Assembly (NCBI GenBank): GCA_951406725.2
Contig: OX597819.1
Coordinates: 66,526,001-66,590,000 of the forward strand
Source of the DNA: Octopus vulgaris
Lineage: Eukaryota
Reading direction: 5' to 3'
Length of the DNA: 64,000 nucleotides
Shown: piece after piece, positions 29,990 to 42,498 of the stretch
How the letters are laid out: each line of letters opens with the position of its first letter
Numbering within the stretch: the stretch's first letter is position 1
Made by a program: the position numbers and the translations under genes
Notes under the pieces: model-generated
What the model was told of the DNA's origin: nothing
Database searches by the model: none
What the model saw: only the letters and a program-made list of their open reading frames with translations

Positions 29990-30500
29990 ATTCTATAAAC
30001 CCATGTTTTATCCGACATTGCGCCCATGATATTCGTGGACAATCTCTTGCCTCTCCAGTCACTAAATTCGTCCGGAAGTGATTTGAAGCATGCTGTTGCA
30101 ACAGAGGAAGGAGCAGTTGTTACGCTCGTGATGCTGACGTTTGAATGAAAGATCTATGAACTCAATTTTTCGATACTGATATGTTGCTAGAAATTACACA
30201 TCGGCTTGACAGGCAGTTCCTTCCTCTATACACCAAATTATTTTGTGTATATTGGAGAGGGGTGTCTGAATGAGTGGGCTGTATGTATGGTCCTTAAAGA
30301 ACATTGAATGTAGTGAGATGAATGAGAGATAACCTTTTGCTTGTACATTTGCAAGTTGGTGGAAGCATGAAGAAGAGCAAATGAAATCTCAGTGGGGTTT
30401 AAACATGCAGAGGAAGTGCTTGGTGCGTTTCTGTAATTGTAAGAACTTGTAGTACATAAAATAGGTGAAGAGGGAAGAAGGTTTTAGTTATCCCCTAGTC
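29990..30500 (-). mobile_element. Possible highly decayed Penelope-like remnant
   Basis: Minus-strand fragments KFLQLQKR (cf. SQFLRLRR), GRNCLSSRC (cf. C...RC..C) and ASNHF (cf. VA.HF) occur in the expected order. Confidence 0.3.
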
Positions 30501-30658
30501 ACTGTGGGTTCAAAGTATGGAACTGGTCCTTTCGGCACAGCAGTTTATGTGCCAATACAGACATATTTAATAGACGTTTCAATGTGTCTCTTATCTCCAA
30601 CCTCTTCTCTCACGCTCACTCTGTCCCACTCACTTCCTTTCATCTCTTCCTTCCTTTT

Positions 30659-30706
<48 letters not shown>

Positions 30707-31717
30707 CTTTCGGTTTCAGTTGTGCGCATATTTCTGCATATTTGTATATTCGTATGAGAAGGAAATGTGTTTGTTGTAATTGTCTTCAATTAATAAATTA
30801 TAATGTCTATATCTCTTTCCCTTCCACTCTACAATCTCTTTCACTCTCATAAATCCTTTCACTCATTCCAACAATTGAAGTATGCTTCTGCTCGTGTACG
30901 CGTGTGTTTTCCTCCAGCACCGAAAATTACTGTCACCAGATTGTCTGCATCCGAAATCGCCTTATTCTGGGCTGGTGATAAGATAATACTAAAGAAAGAG
31001 GTAGTTTAACCGAAAACATTCCAGAGTACTTAAATTTTTGAATATTAGTTTTAAATTTTGACAGATAATTGAAAAAAATAATTATGAAAACTCCTTTACT
31101 TCAAGTAGAAAAGGAAATACACGGTATCCTATAAATAGGACACTGAAACAATGTGATATAGTTTATTTAATGCTCTCATATAGTGACCTATTTAAAGGAC
31201 AGTGGGACTTAATGGGTGAAAGAGATACCATGAACATACACATACATAAATACATACATACATACATTAATACATACATAAATACATTTATTTATATATA
31301 TGCATTTTAAAGAGTATGGACCTATCTTTTAGCCACTATTGTTACCAGGTCTAATCTGAACTAGCGCCACCTCTTAGGGTCCCAGATGTGTGCTAACTAG
31401 AATGTGAGCCACTGGGAGTTAAGGACTTTAGTTCTCATTAGTACTTCCTTCTAGGAAGATACAATCTCTTATATAAAAAGATTATGAAATGCAGTGGGCT
31501 TCGTGCTGTGCAAAAATTTATGCATTCAAAACTAATTCCCCCCAGCAACGTCACGGACTCTGATTCTCGGAATATTTACGCTTAATTAACTGTGGGTAAG
31601 AACCGATATTACTGGGTATCGAGTTAATTACACCACCAGCAGCAGCAGCGGCAGCAAAAGCAGCAGCAGCAGCAGCAGTAGCAGTGGAAGTAGTAGTAGT
31701 AGTAGTAGTAGTATCTA

Positions 31718-31875
31718 GGCGGCGAGCTGACAGAATCGTCCATACTTACGTCCTGAGTTCAAATTCCGCCAAGTTCGACTTCGCCTTTCATCCTTTCGGG
31801 TTCGATGAAACAACTAGCAGTTATGCACTGGGGACGGTGTAATCCACTCTCCCCCTCCCCCAAAGTTTCAGGACT
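31718..31875 (+). mobile_element. SINE family B, internally deleted
   Basis: GGCGGCGAGCTGACAGAATCG..GAGTTCAAATTCCGCC..GCCTTTCATCCTTTCGGG. Confidence 0.8.
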
Positions 31876-31892
31876 TTTTGTTGTTGTTGTTG

Positions 31893-31975
<83 letters not shown>

Positions 31976-32329
31976 TTTAAAAGTATGAGTGAAATGCGTT
32001 AAACATATAAAAATATCATTTTTTTTTATAAATGATTTTGTAAGTATGATTGTTGCTGTCAAGTCAATATATATTTTTTTCATTTGTCCTCACAATTTTT
32101 TCACACAAAGCCTTATTATGACGTCATAGTTGTCTAACGTGTTTTTTTGTGAAAATTCGCGACGTCTCGCTTATTTATTATATATTCATTGCTAGAATAG
32201 ACACCAACAATGGAATTGTATATTGGCATTTGTCTGTAACCAACATAGATACACGATCTTATTTCGCCGACCATATATATATATAATAGGTAAGATTTTT
32301 AGACTGTAACATTAAACCGGTAGGTAAAT

Positions 32330-32700
32330 ATTGAATCGGTGAAATGTCTATAGAGTAGAGGCAACATACATATTTTTCATTGGGTCAAGAATAGACATGC
32401 ATCAATAGTTACAACTATACACATTGAAGCAGGCATAAGGTGAAATAAAAGGACAGGAAACGAAGAGTGACTTTGCAATTCGCTTATATCGATACGGAAA
32501 AGATATTCCGGTTTCCATTCCTCGGCAAGATATGACCAGAATATTCTAGATCTTTTCCATATTCAGTATATCTCGAAAAAGTGGTCAACATTTCATTTTC
32601 TGTCACTTGTCTCTAGCTGTATCTCCGTTTTCTCTATTCTTAAAGTAAAGCAAAGGAATAATTTAATCCAACATGCAAGTGATAACAATGGTCAAACGAA
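32330..32700 (+). mobile_element. Decayed RTE-like RT remnant
   Basis: LQFAYIDTEKIF then frameshifted SIPRQD at ~32473-32535 resembles L.IAFIDLEKAFDSIPR. Confidence 0.4.
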
Positions 32701-32881
32701 AGTGTTTCACCCGAAGAAAAACAAAAATGGTGCAATAGGCGTACAACAGTATGCAGTAAACAAATATGAAAAGAAAATGTTCGCTGGTGAACGATGGGGG
32801 GAGACTCGTAAAATTCACATCGGGAATGTTCGTAGGCGAAAATTGTTTTCATATTCGTTTGCTAAATGTTGTTTACCTATT

Positions 32882-32915
<34 letters not shown>

Positions 32916-33114
32916 GCTCGGATCAGACACATTAGTCTGACTCCCACAAACACTTACATATACATATATGCATGCGTACACGGATATATACATGTCAATA
33001 TATACATATACATACATACCAATATATCTACAAACATACACATTTTTATATATGAAAATGTAGGTATATCTATATGTTTACATCTATCTATCTATATATA
33101 TATATATAAATGTA

Positions 33115-33505
33115 TACAAAAAATAGGACAAGAACGCAAAACTTCCAGACAGCTAGATGATACAGAACAGGGACAACAAAACATCCAGACAGATGATACA
33201 AATAAGGGACAAGAGAAAACAAGGACGATCATTCGTATCTTTCCTTTCCTCAGTGCGGTTCCAGATTATGTTTGCAATTTCGGTTGGTTATACTCAAGAT
33301 AGATCCAATCTGGCCAGCTCCAGTGAAAAAACTAAGCTAAGAGTACTAGATTCCTTAGAAGAAAGCAGCGAATGTATATGAAAACAAGGAAAGAAAAAAA
33401 AACGCAGAAATTTTACATAACTGCAAATGCAAATATCAGGACATAACAACAGGTGTCTCTCGACTAAGGACGAATTACATTAAGCTGGCGTGTGTGGATG
33501 TATGA
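33115..33505 (+). repeat. Interspersed repeat, (TA)n-associated, unclassified (possibly PLE-derived)
   Basis: Matches the reverse complement of 34245-34388 (TTTCCTCAGT..TTCCAGATTAT.TTTGCAATTTCGG.TGGTTATACTC). Confidence 0.7.
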
Positions 33506-34161
33506 ATAAAAGTTAATCATTTGATACAAATGTTTAACTGTCACACGGCCTCGTGAAAGAGAAAGAGAGAGAGAGAGTGAGAGAGAGTGAGAGAGAGAGA
33601 GAGAGAGAGACAGACAGAGAGACAGATAGACGGACAGACAGTTACACAAACGTATGTTTCGAATTTGCTATCCTTGTAACAATTTTACTCCAAGATACAT
33701 GGAAATTTATTCAAGTTATAAATCATAAAACGCGTGTTTTTGTCCAATGAGAATCAGTTATTCTCTGTAAATAATTTTCCCTAACATTTTTCCAAATAAT
33801 AATCATCTTTCTTCCATGTATTTCTCTGAAATTTTCTTTGTTACACTCACCCTCGTTCCTTACTCACTCTCCCCTTACATTTGTGTATTTTGCTGAATTC
33901 GCAGACAGCAACATGAGATATCGCTAAGAACTTCTTTGATTCAACTTCACAAGCATGTTAGGTACCGGATTCGTTATAAAAAAGTATACGAATGGAGACA
34001 GCATGAGACGGAAACACACTCTCGTATGAAATACTGTTGAGAAAAATTTGATTGAAAGATCTCGGACCATGCTACTTCATGATGAAAATTACTCTGTATT
34101 GACTAATAATTGTGTCTCATCTGAACGTTCTATTGTTGGGTTTTAGCTTTTGGGTCTTTCT

Positions 34162-34194
<33 letters not shown>

Positions 34195-34195
34195 C

Positions 34196-34244
<49 letters not shown>

Positions 34245-34247
<3 letters not shown>

Positions 34248-34383
34248 TTGGAGCAATCTAGAGTATAACCAGCCGAAATTGCAAAGATAATCTGGAAATC
34301 TACTGAGGAAAGAAAACTCCCAATGACCCGTCCTTGTTCTCTTTCTATTGTCTATCGGAATGGTTTGCGTTCGTGTCCCATTT

Positions 34384-34388
<5 letters not shown>
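34245..34388 (-). repeat. Inverted second copy of the 33115 repeat family
   Basis: Direct comparison with 33115-33310; flanked by (TA)n on both sides. Confidence 0.75.
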
Positions 34389-34416
<28 letters not shown>

Positions 34417-35126
34417 TTGGTAAGTGTATATATATAAAGACATTCATTCACAAACGTCAATATATATATATACATAAATGTATATCGTGGCTAGTATGTC
34501 CAAGTTTGGTTACATGGGTCCTTTCCAATATTTATTTTTGCTTGCAATACCCGGTTATTTGGGTCAAACTACCGTATCTCCAGCTGCTTTAAATGCCAAG
34601 ATATGACAATTGTAGAGGTTTAGCATTTTTCAAAAGTGTAATAAGTCCCACATACGATAGTTCTGCAAAATTATTCCTCATTGAAAATGCATGGAGTTAC
34701 GATTTTATACTTGCATGGAGTTCCAACAAATTGTTATTGTTAAGCTGAAACTGTTGCTAATGTAAAAAGAAAAGAAATGGCGACACTATTTTTTCTTTTC
34801 TGAAAAAGCAACCTTTCGGACTTACAACAATTTTGCATAATAACAACGATATATGTGTGCCTGTCTACTACGTGAAATCTCGCGCAAAATTTGAATGTTT
34901 GCGAACCTGTGTCTTATATTATTTATTACGTTCTAGGGTTTAAACAAATAATGGCCAGGATATGTACATCTGAACATTACCTACAATCACTTCCATTATA
35001 ATAAGTGAGATACTGATACGTAAGTAAAATACGTTCATATATCAATGAAGACAGTTTAAAGAATAATTTTTCAAATATTGGAATATTTATTATAATCAAT
35101 AGTTAAATTTACCCCTACAGATATTC

Positions 35127-35304
35127 TACAGAAATTATATCAGCACTGATTGTGTGACGACGTTCCGTATTCAAGATGGCAGATGTAAACAAACAATGAG
35201 ATCCCAAATGGAAAATTTTTCATCTCCGATCTCAATGTTGTTTACGCTAGGGGTTTCGGATACGGAACGCTGTAATAACCTTAGTGCTGGCAATAATTTC
35301 TGTA
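35127..35304. repeat. Degenerate palindrome / old MITE
   Basis: TACAGAAATTAT..CAGCACT..CGTTCCGTAT..GTAAACAA..TGAGATC mirrored by GATCTCA..TTGTTTAC..ATACGGAACG..AGTGCTG..ATAATTTCTGTA. Confidence 0.75.
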
Positions 35305-35915
35305 AAGATAACCTTAAAAAGTGATGTGATAGCGCTGCTAACACAGTAGAATACAGTTGTGAATTATAATAACTTTTAATATAGTTTGTAGTATATTATG
35401 GTTTGTATAAAGAAACACGGTGTCTCTACAGGTATCTAATATAAATCTCTTATTATAAAAGGCAGATTTTATCTGCCTCCCTTTGGGAGTTATACAAATA
35501 TACAATATAGGATTTCTTCAATTACAATTTACCTAGCATTTTTAAGAGTACAATGCATCGCGTCATGCCAGGTCCAGTTTTTAAAATTTAAACTCCAATT
35601 AAGCAAAATTTACAGAAAACTCACATTCTGGTGTGTGTGTCAAATGCTTTTCTTAGTCTGGTTTACACCACACGCAAACGCACACACACAGTGGGCAACG
35701 AATAAAGTGAAACTAGATGTAATATTTGTTTCTCTCTATCACGCTGATAGATACATGAGTAAAATGTATGGGAAGTTAACACATAAGTGTGAGTGAAAAT
35801 GTTCTTGGAAGAGAGTAAATAGCCAGAGATAGTGATTTGAGGACGACTTTACATTAAATAACCGTAGTGGCTTGTGTTAGTAATAAAGTAAACATACACT
35901 CATACATACATACAT

Positions 35916-35948
<33 letters not shown>

Positions 35949-36307
35949 TACATACATACACACACACATACATACATACACACATACATACATACATATA
36001 CATACATACATATACATACATACATACACACACACACATACACACACACACAGTATTGAAGCTTGAGAACAATCAGATACATTTGCAACACATCTGTTGA
36101 AAATATTATTGTTCACACACATACATATACATATATACATACAGACAGACAGACAGATAGACACACACACACACACACACATGATCCAGCATGGCCACAA
36201 CCTCAAGGCTGAAACATATAAAAGAATAACAGAATATAAATGTGTGCATGTGTGTGAGAGAGAGAGTGTGTGTGTATATGTATGTATGTATGTATGTATA
36301 TATATAT

Positions 36308-36741
36308 AATAATGCGGTTTTTTCAACAGCTTGAACTAAAAGTCAGAGGGGAATGGGATAAACTACTTATATTAACTTGCTATAAAAGCAGGTAGTAATT
36401 TTATCTTGTCCTTATTCATAGTGCAAGTTTTGAAGAGTGCATTTCGATTTTAACAGCTATTTTTTTCAAAGCTATATTGGAACAGCCTAGAAGACGAGCC
36501 TCATCCTGAAAGATCTGTAGAACTCGACAAGGACATCCTGAAAACCCTGGTGGAACAAAATCTCATCGTAACTGTTGAGGAAGTAGCAGAGAAGCTTGGA
36601 TTTGGTCATTCAACCATTCATTGAGACCTGTGTGCTATCGGAAAAGTCAGCAAATTGGGTCAATGGGTTCCTCACGAAATTTCCGAGTCTAATTGCATGC
36701 AGAGAGTGAATGTATGCTTTTCTTTGCTGTCACATCTCACC
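36308..36741 (+). mobile_element. Mariner transposon remnant (transposase HTH region to WVPHE motif)
   Basis: 36481-36741 translates NSLEDEPHPERSVELDKDILKTLVEQNLIVTVEEVAEKLGFGHSTIH*DLCAIGKVSKLGQWVPHEISESNCMQRVNVC. WVPHE(L) is the mariner signature. Confidence 0.88.
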
Positions 36742-36759
36742 ACTACTGCGCTATGTATA

Positions 36760-37396
36760 TCTATATATATAAAACTGTAGTTGTGTGAGTGTCTGTCCCC
36801 TTCGATTTAGATTCCTAACTACTCCCACATTTTGCGGTGCAGTTTAACCAAATTCGGGTAGCTTATAGTCGTGATTTATATCGAGCCCGTCTGAGTATTA
36901 GCGCGCGTCTACGATGAGTCTACGATTTTAAAAATAATTTAACATCATTTTTTATTCCATTTTAATGCATAATTTTTCGTGTGTCGATGGCGGCGGAGTT
37001 GGCGTCCACGCTCACACCTGCACCTGTGGGGAAGGGAGTGTAAGGAAATCAACGTCGTAATGCGTTGTCAAGGAGACCAGCGTTCTTTTAGAACAACGAC
37101 TTCATGGCTTGAAGACACCAAAACAGAAATGGCTAAGAAAGCGTCTACATGAGTCTACGATTTAAAAAAAAATTTACCATCGTTTTTTTTCCATTTTAAT
37201 GCATTTTTTCGCTATTATATAAGGGAAGTAACTCTCTAAAAATGTCTACGATGAGTCAACGATTTTTCAAAATATTTACCATCATATTTTTTCCATTTTT
37301 AATGCATTTTTTGCTATTTTTTGGCTATAACTCTCTAAAAATGCTTATATAGTTATTTCCCTTACAAACCCGAGCAACGCCGGGCGATACTGCTAG
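36760..37396 (+). mobile_element. Non-autonomous Helitron
   Basis: 5' A|TCTATATATATAAAAC; 3' hairpin CCCG-AGCAACGC-CGGG then ACTGCTAG|T. No TSD. Three internal copies of GTCTACGATGAGTCTACGATTT...CCATTTTAATGCAT. Confidence 0.85.
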
Positions 37397-38614
37397 TTAT
37401 TATATAAAAATTTTCTTTTATTAACCCTTTGCATTCGCAGAAACGCTTGAAGAGGTGCAGCTTTATTTGGTTATTCGTATACATGGAAAAAAAGAAAAAC
37501 CAGCCTCCTCTTTATTTTGGGTTGACAGTTGAAAAACTCAATGCTTCTGCAAAGTGGGGTGTCATAAACATCAACCCTCTTTTGCGTTTTCCAGGGATTT
37601 AATAGAGTAAACCGAAATAGCACCCACTGAAGTTTGCTGACGTGTCCAAAATGATAAGATCGTAGCGAGATTGAAGACGCTGATAAGATCAAGGGGGGTA
37701 TGTGAGGTATTCTGGCTGAAGTTTGTAAACACAGTGTCTTTTTGAAGGTTGAAGGTGTTAGGGTCGGGAAAATTTGGGAGAAATAAGTGGGAGAAATAAG
37801 ACTCTCGAAGCGAGGAGAGGAAGCGTAGAACAAAACTAAAATGGGATGTAAAAATAAATAGTGGAATAAAGATGAAAGCTTAGAAAAGGAAATTGGGCGT
37901 CGATGAAATATTAAATTTAAAACAAATCTATATATAGGAACCGAGAGGCTCCGATTTCCATTATTCAGAGTTGCTCATTTCCGATCATCATCTGGTATAC
38001 ATAGCTTGATTTTCTTTTGAATATATACTGCCTGAATATATTTTAGAAATATGAAATGGAAGTTTGAAGAAAATGGTTATCATTATTTTATTCCGTTTAA
38101 AAACCTTTGTGAAAGACTCGTGCAAAAACAGCTGCTTCAGGCACCCGCCTTTGATTTCATTTCCAGTTCTGATGGTAATATTATTTGAATCGTCATAAAC
38201 CTCATACAATTAAAGTCATGAAGTTGTGCTGCCGTTTAAGCAATATTCCAAAATAATACTTTTAACTAATATTTTGAATTAATACCATTAATATTTTTAA
38301 CCAACTATGGGCATGAATGTGGGTGTTCGTTTGCATGCTCCTGTTCAGACACACACACACACACACACGCACGCACACATATGTATATATACACATATGC
38401 ACACATATAAGTTCACATATATACACAAAATTGCATATATGTATATATATATATATATATATATACAGCCATAGGCACACATACAGTCACACCCAAACTT
38501 AAATATAATGCATAAAAAGAATATTAATTAAACATTTCCAAACCAACGCTCTTTTCCGAACCAAAATGAAATCCAGGCAGATTGAATTTGCAGAAAAAAA
38601 TCACATATACATTT

Positions 38615-38668
<54 letters not shown>

Positions 38669-38709
38669 ACACACACACACAAACACATACACACACATAC
38701 AATACTCTA

Positions 38710-38740
<31 letters not shown>

Positions 38741-38754
38741 GAATCACACCTACA

Positions 38755-38860
38755 CACCGGCAGAAGGTAATGGCGAACTTCTGCTGACTCTTTCGCCACA
38801 ACTTTCTCTCACTCTTTCCTCCTGCATCTTGTAGCTCACCTGCGACTGACTGGCGTCCAC
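38755..38860 (+). mobile_element. SINE family C internal fragment
   Basis: CCGGCAGAAGGTAATGGCGAAC..TTCGCCACAACTTTCTCTCACTCTTTCCTCCTGCA..GCTCACCTGCG is the reverse complement of ~48520-48615. Confidence 0.8.
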
Positions 38861-38984
38861 GATATATTGCGCACACATCATATATCACGAAGAAAAGATA
38901 AGTTGGGAACAGAATCTGTTAGGCGTACATTCAGAAAATAGGAGAGAACAGGAAGGAAAGTTTTTTTACATTTAAAATATAGAG

Positions 38985-39148
38985 AGACAGGTTTGGTTGT
39001 GTAGTAAGAAGCTTGCTTACCAACCACAACCAAATGGTTCCGGGTTCAGTCCCACTATGTGGCAGCTAGGGCAAGTGCCTTGTATTATAGCATTGGGCCG
39101 AACAAAGCCCAAGTGGATTTGCTAGACGGAGACTGAAAGTAACCCGTC

Positions 39149-39150
<2 letters not shown>
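38985..39150 (+). mobile_element. SINE family A, 5' half
   Basis: TGGTTGTGTAGTAAGAAGCTTGCTTACC..GGTTCCGGGTTCAGTCCCAC..GGGCAAGTG..GTGGATTTG, ending at (TA)n. Confidence 0.8.
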
Positions 39151-39193
<43 letters not shown>

Positions 39194-39469
39194 CACACAC
39201 ACGCACACACATACACATGCACACACACACAAATGTGAGCATACGCACACGCGAGGTTTGGTGCACTCATGATCACAAAGCGAGACAGATTTTTACAAGG
39301 TGTTTAGAAGAATGAAGGGGTTATAAGTAAATTTAAGTCATCTAACATTAAAGTAAATTAAATTACATTAACTTAACGGTTACTCAAAATTCATTCTGAC
39401 TGTATTATGTGAAAGTATACTTATATGCGTTTAGGTATCTTGATAGTCGTTCAGAAATTCCATTAAGTA

Positions 39470-40180
39470 TCTTCTCATTTGTCCTCAGAATCGACAGGGA
39501 TTCCTTGGAGGAGAGACGGCATATCCTGGAAATTACATGGTATGGTTTTGCATGTCTAACTAAAGACTAATTAATGTTGTACTTCGTTTTACCCTCTTTC
39601 AGTCGCCATATAAAATCTACCAACGATGTCAAGTGTCTCTTATTGATTGACTTAAAGCTGAGAACATAGTTACGAGAACAATTCTTAAGTGAATCAGCCG
39701 TCTTCCCAATGTAAACATAGGATTCTACTCTTGTGTGCATGATACTTTTACATACAAGATTTGTGCTCATCCAGAGATTCATCAGGTGACATTTTGATTT
39801 ATCTCTGCATGAGCATTTATCGTATTTATTTGTATATAAGGCGGCCTCGACTCCATTTACCTGCGTTGTTACCGTGCTAGCTTTTAACATAAGCATGTCG
39901 TAGATGGTGTTTATCAATGCGGTTTACAACTCCTTGGTTCGTATTTAGATGCAAATGTTCGCTAGATCCAGTAGGTAGCTTATTGAAACTTTACTGCATT
40001 TCACTATTGTTTATGCGATGCATAAGCTGCTCTAAATTAGCAGAGTTGGCGTAGGATACCTTCACGGGGAGTAGAATAAAAATAGCATGTTAGCGATTAG
40101 ATTTAAGAAAACTCTTGTCCAAAGCAGCATTGAAAAATGTTCTTGACTACATGTTGAAAAGGAGTCGCTAAATCATCTAA
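39470..40180 (-). mobile_element. Penelope-like element remnant (Cys-rich linker + GIY-YIG endonuclease; Naiad-like layout)
   Basis: ORF 39567-39917: KCSCRDKSKCHL..NLVCKS..YIGKTADSLKNCSRNYVLSF..TSLVDFIWRLKE, followed by KPYHVISRICRL..KE. Upstream LDKSFLKSNR*HAIF...VKVSY matches the PLE linker pattern LDKHFP..KIFN..VKVSYS. Confidence 0.8.
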
Positions 40181-40573
40181 CCAGATTAAATACCATCACT
40201 GTTATTATTATTATCATCATCATCATCATCATCCTCCTCATTATCATCATAGTTGATGTTGTTGCTATTATTGGTAGAACTCATTCCTTCCAATAATGAA
40301 TTCCCGAGGAAAAGCCAGATTTGTGATTTCAAAAGGATTATATATCGTTTTGTTTTGGATTATTTAGGCTTGGAAACAACTTGTAGAGATTTTATTGGAT
40401 ATATATACTAACTTGGAACAAAGTAACGTCAATGCTTTTCTTTCCTTTCCTTAATATACTTATATTTATCGTACTAATATTTAAAATATAGGTTTTTATA
40501 TATTCTTTGCTTTGTACTGAATCGGCAGTCTTCGATGTTTGACATCCAACTTGAAGGATTTAGGTCCATACTT

Positions 40574-40614
<41 letters not shown>

Positions 40615-40713
40615 TGGAAACCAAAACAATAAATTGAACAATTTATTCATTAGATATAAATTCAATTCAGTTTAATTATTTCATACAAACAAAAGCCACC
40701 TAGCTAAATTGTA

Positions 40714-40765
<52 letters not shown>

Positions 40766-40991
40766 AATATGCCATTCTAACCGAAAGTGATTACCGCGTA
40801 TAAGATGAAGGGGAACGCTAGCACTTCATTAAAAACAACGTTAATAGATTTAACGTCAAAGGCAATTTAAAGAAAGAAAAAGAGGAAGAAGAAAGAAAGT
40901 AACAGAAAATTAAGAGTGGAGAAATATAGTACGATAGAGGAATATCCTCTTTCTTTATGTTGCATTTGACGCTAAATCTATTTATGGTTAT

Positions 40992-41037
<46 letters not shown>

Positions 41038-41039
41038 AT

Positions 41040-41230
41040 ATTCAAAAATGTGACCTCGTGTGTACCGCTAGCGATTTTTTCCCTCTGTCTTCTCTTCTCT
41101 GGATCTTTACTTCTCCTATGTTTCCAACGAAGAGCTCCAGTCGAAACGTTAAACCCTGAGCGTCCAATAATACTATATTTGTTCCACGTCCTCGCGTTGT
41201 TTTGTTTTTTCTTGTGATTTCTTGTTTGAT

Positions 41231-41235
<5 letters not shown>
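41040..41235 (+). mobile_element. PLE-like terminal-repeat fragment with mutated hammerhead core
   Basis: GUUU-CCAACGA-AGAGCUCCAGUC-GAAACGUU-AAAC at 41120-41154: helix I GUUU/AAAC, palindromic AACGUU, two substitutions in the CUGACGA box. Embedded between (TA)n tracts. Confidence 0.5.
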
Positions 41236-41281
<46 letters not shown>

Positions 41282-41762
41282 TTATACAAGACAACAAACA
41301 TTAAAGCTAGTCAAATATCGAGTCATATATATTATTACTATTCGAAGTCTTACAGGTGTTTCTGGGATATCCCAGAGTATGGGATATTCCGTCATCGGAG
41401 ACAAACAGGGAAAATGAGAAGGATATAGATTAATAAAAAGACGACATAGGGGACAGAAGTAAAGGAATATCGAAATGAAGAAAGAGAAGAAAAAAGAGAA
41501 GAAAATAATCGGAAATCTGCATTGCTTCCACAACTACCGCCTAGGCTATAATCTTAGAGGTTTAGTAATTCGTTACAGCTCTTACATAATGTACCTATTC
41601 GTTTAGATCACCTGTGAAATAAACTGCCATATTTTGTATATATATATATAAATACATTCAATAATGAGGGTGAATAAAATTATAGATATTAATTCAATAA
41701 TACCCTTATTTTAACACCAAGCGACCTAGCACAATAAACCGGGGATACAAATTCATATTTAT

Positions 41763-42041
41763 CCGTAAATATTAGAGAGCCAACTTTGAATATGTTAACT
41801 CTAGTGCTAGAAATAGTTTCCAACCGGTGTAGCCGCCAACGATAATTCCACATAGAAATAGCACTACAATCAAAGCTATGAAATTGAAATACAACTAATC
41901 CATTATTTAGTTGTATTTCAATTTCATAGCGTTGATTGTAGTGATATTTCTATTGGGAATTATCGTTGGCGACTATACCGGTTGGAGCTATTTCTAGCAC
42001 TAGAGTTAACATATTCAAAGTTGGCTCTCTAATATTTACGG
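41763..42041. repeat. Near-perfect palindrome, ~136 bp arms, 8 nt loop
   Basis: CCGTAAATATTAGAGAGCCAAC...TACAACTAA-TCCATTAT-TTAGTTGTA...GTTGGCTCTCTAATATTTACGG, with few mismatches. Confidence 0.95.
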
Positions 42042-42103
42042 GTATATATATAAATATATATACATATGTATATAAAGAAATATATATACATATATATATA
42101 AAG

Positions 42104-42161
<58 letters not shown>

Positions 42162-42408
42162 TTCTAAGCCAGATACGCTCATTACATATATAAGTATGTG
42201 CTTGATTATAATACATTACGCATGCGTCGTATAACTTATAGTTGTTAAAGATGAGAAGTAACTACAAAGTGGCTTTAGGCATTTGCTGTGCAATGTTAAA
42301 TGATGGACACAACAAAGGCTATAATGATTATGCATAGCACACACAAGCACTCATAAGTGCTTGTTTATACATACGCGCGCATACACACACACACACACAT
42401 ACATACAT

Positions 42409-42498
<90 letters not shown>

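Noticed and set aside
35446-35850. Helitron-like 5' end TCTCTTATTATAAAAG
   Set aside because: No 3' hairpin-CTAG found, so extent and identity are unsupported. The same applies to the similar start near 31464.
36907-37310. Spaced repeats superficially like a CRISPR array
   Set aside because: Irregular spacing, inside a Helitron, eukaryotic context, no cas genes.
37440-37833. 120-aa minus ORF with faint PLE-linker similarity and a G3-tract cluster on the plus strand
   Set aside because: No catalytic motif; G-quadruplex loops are long and the evidence marginal.
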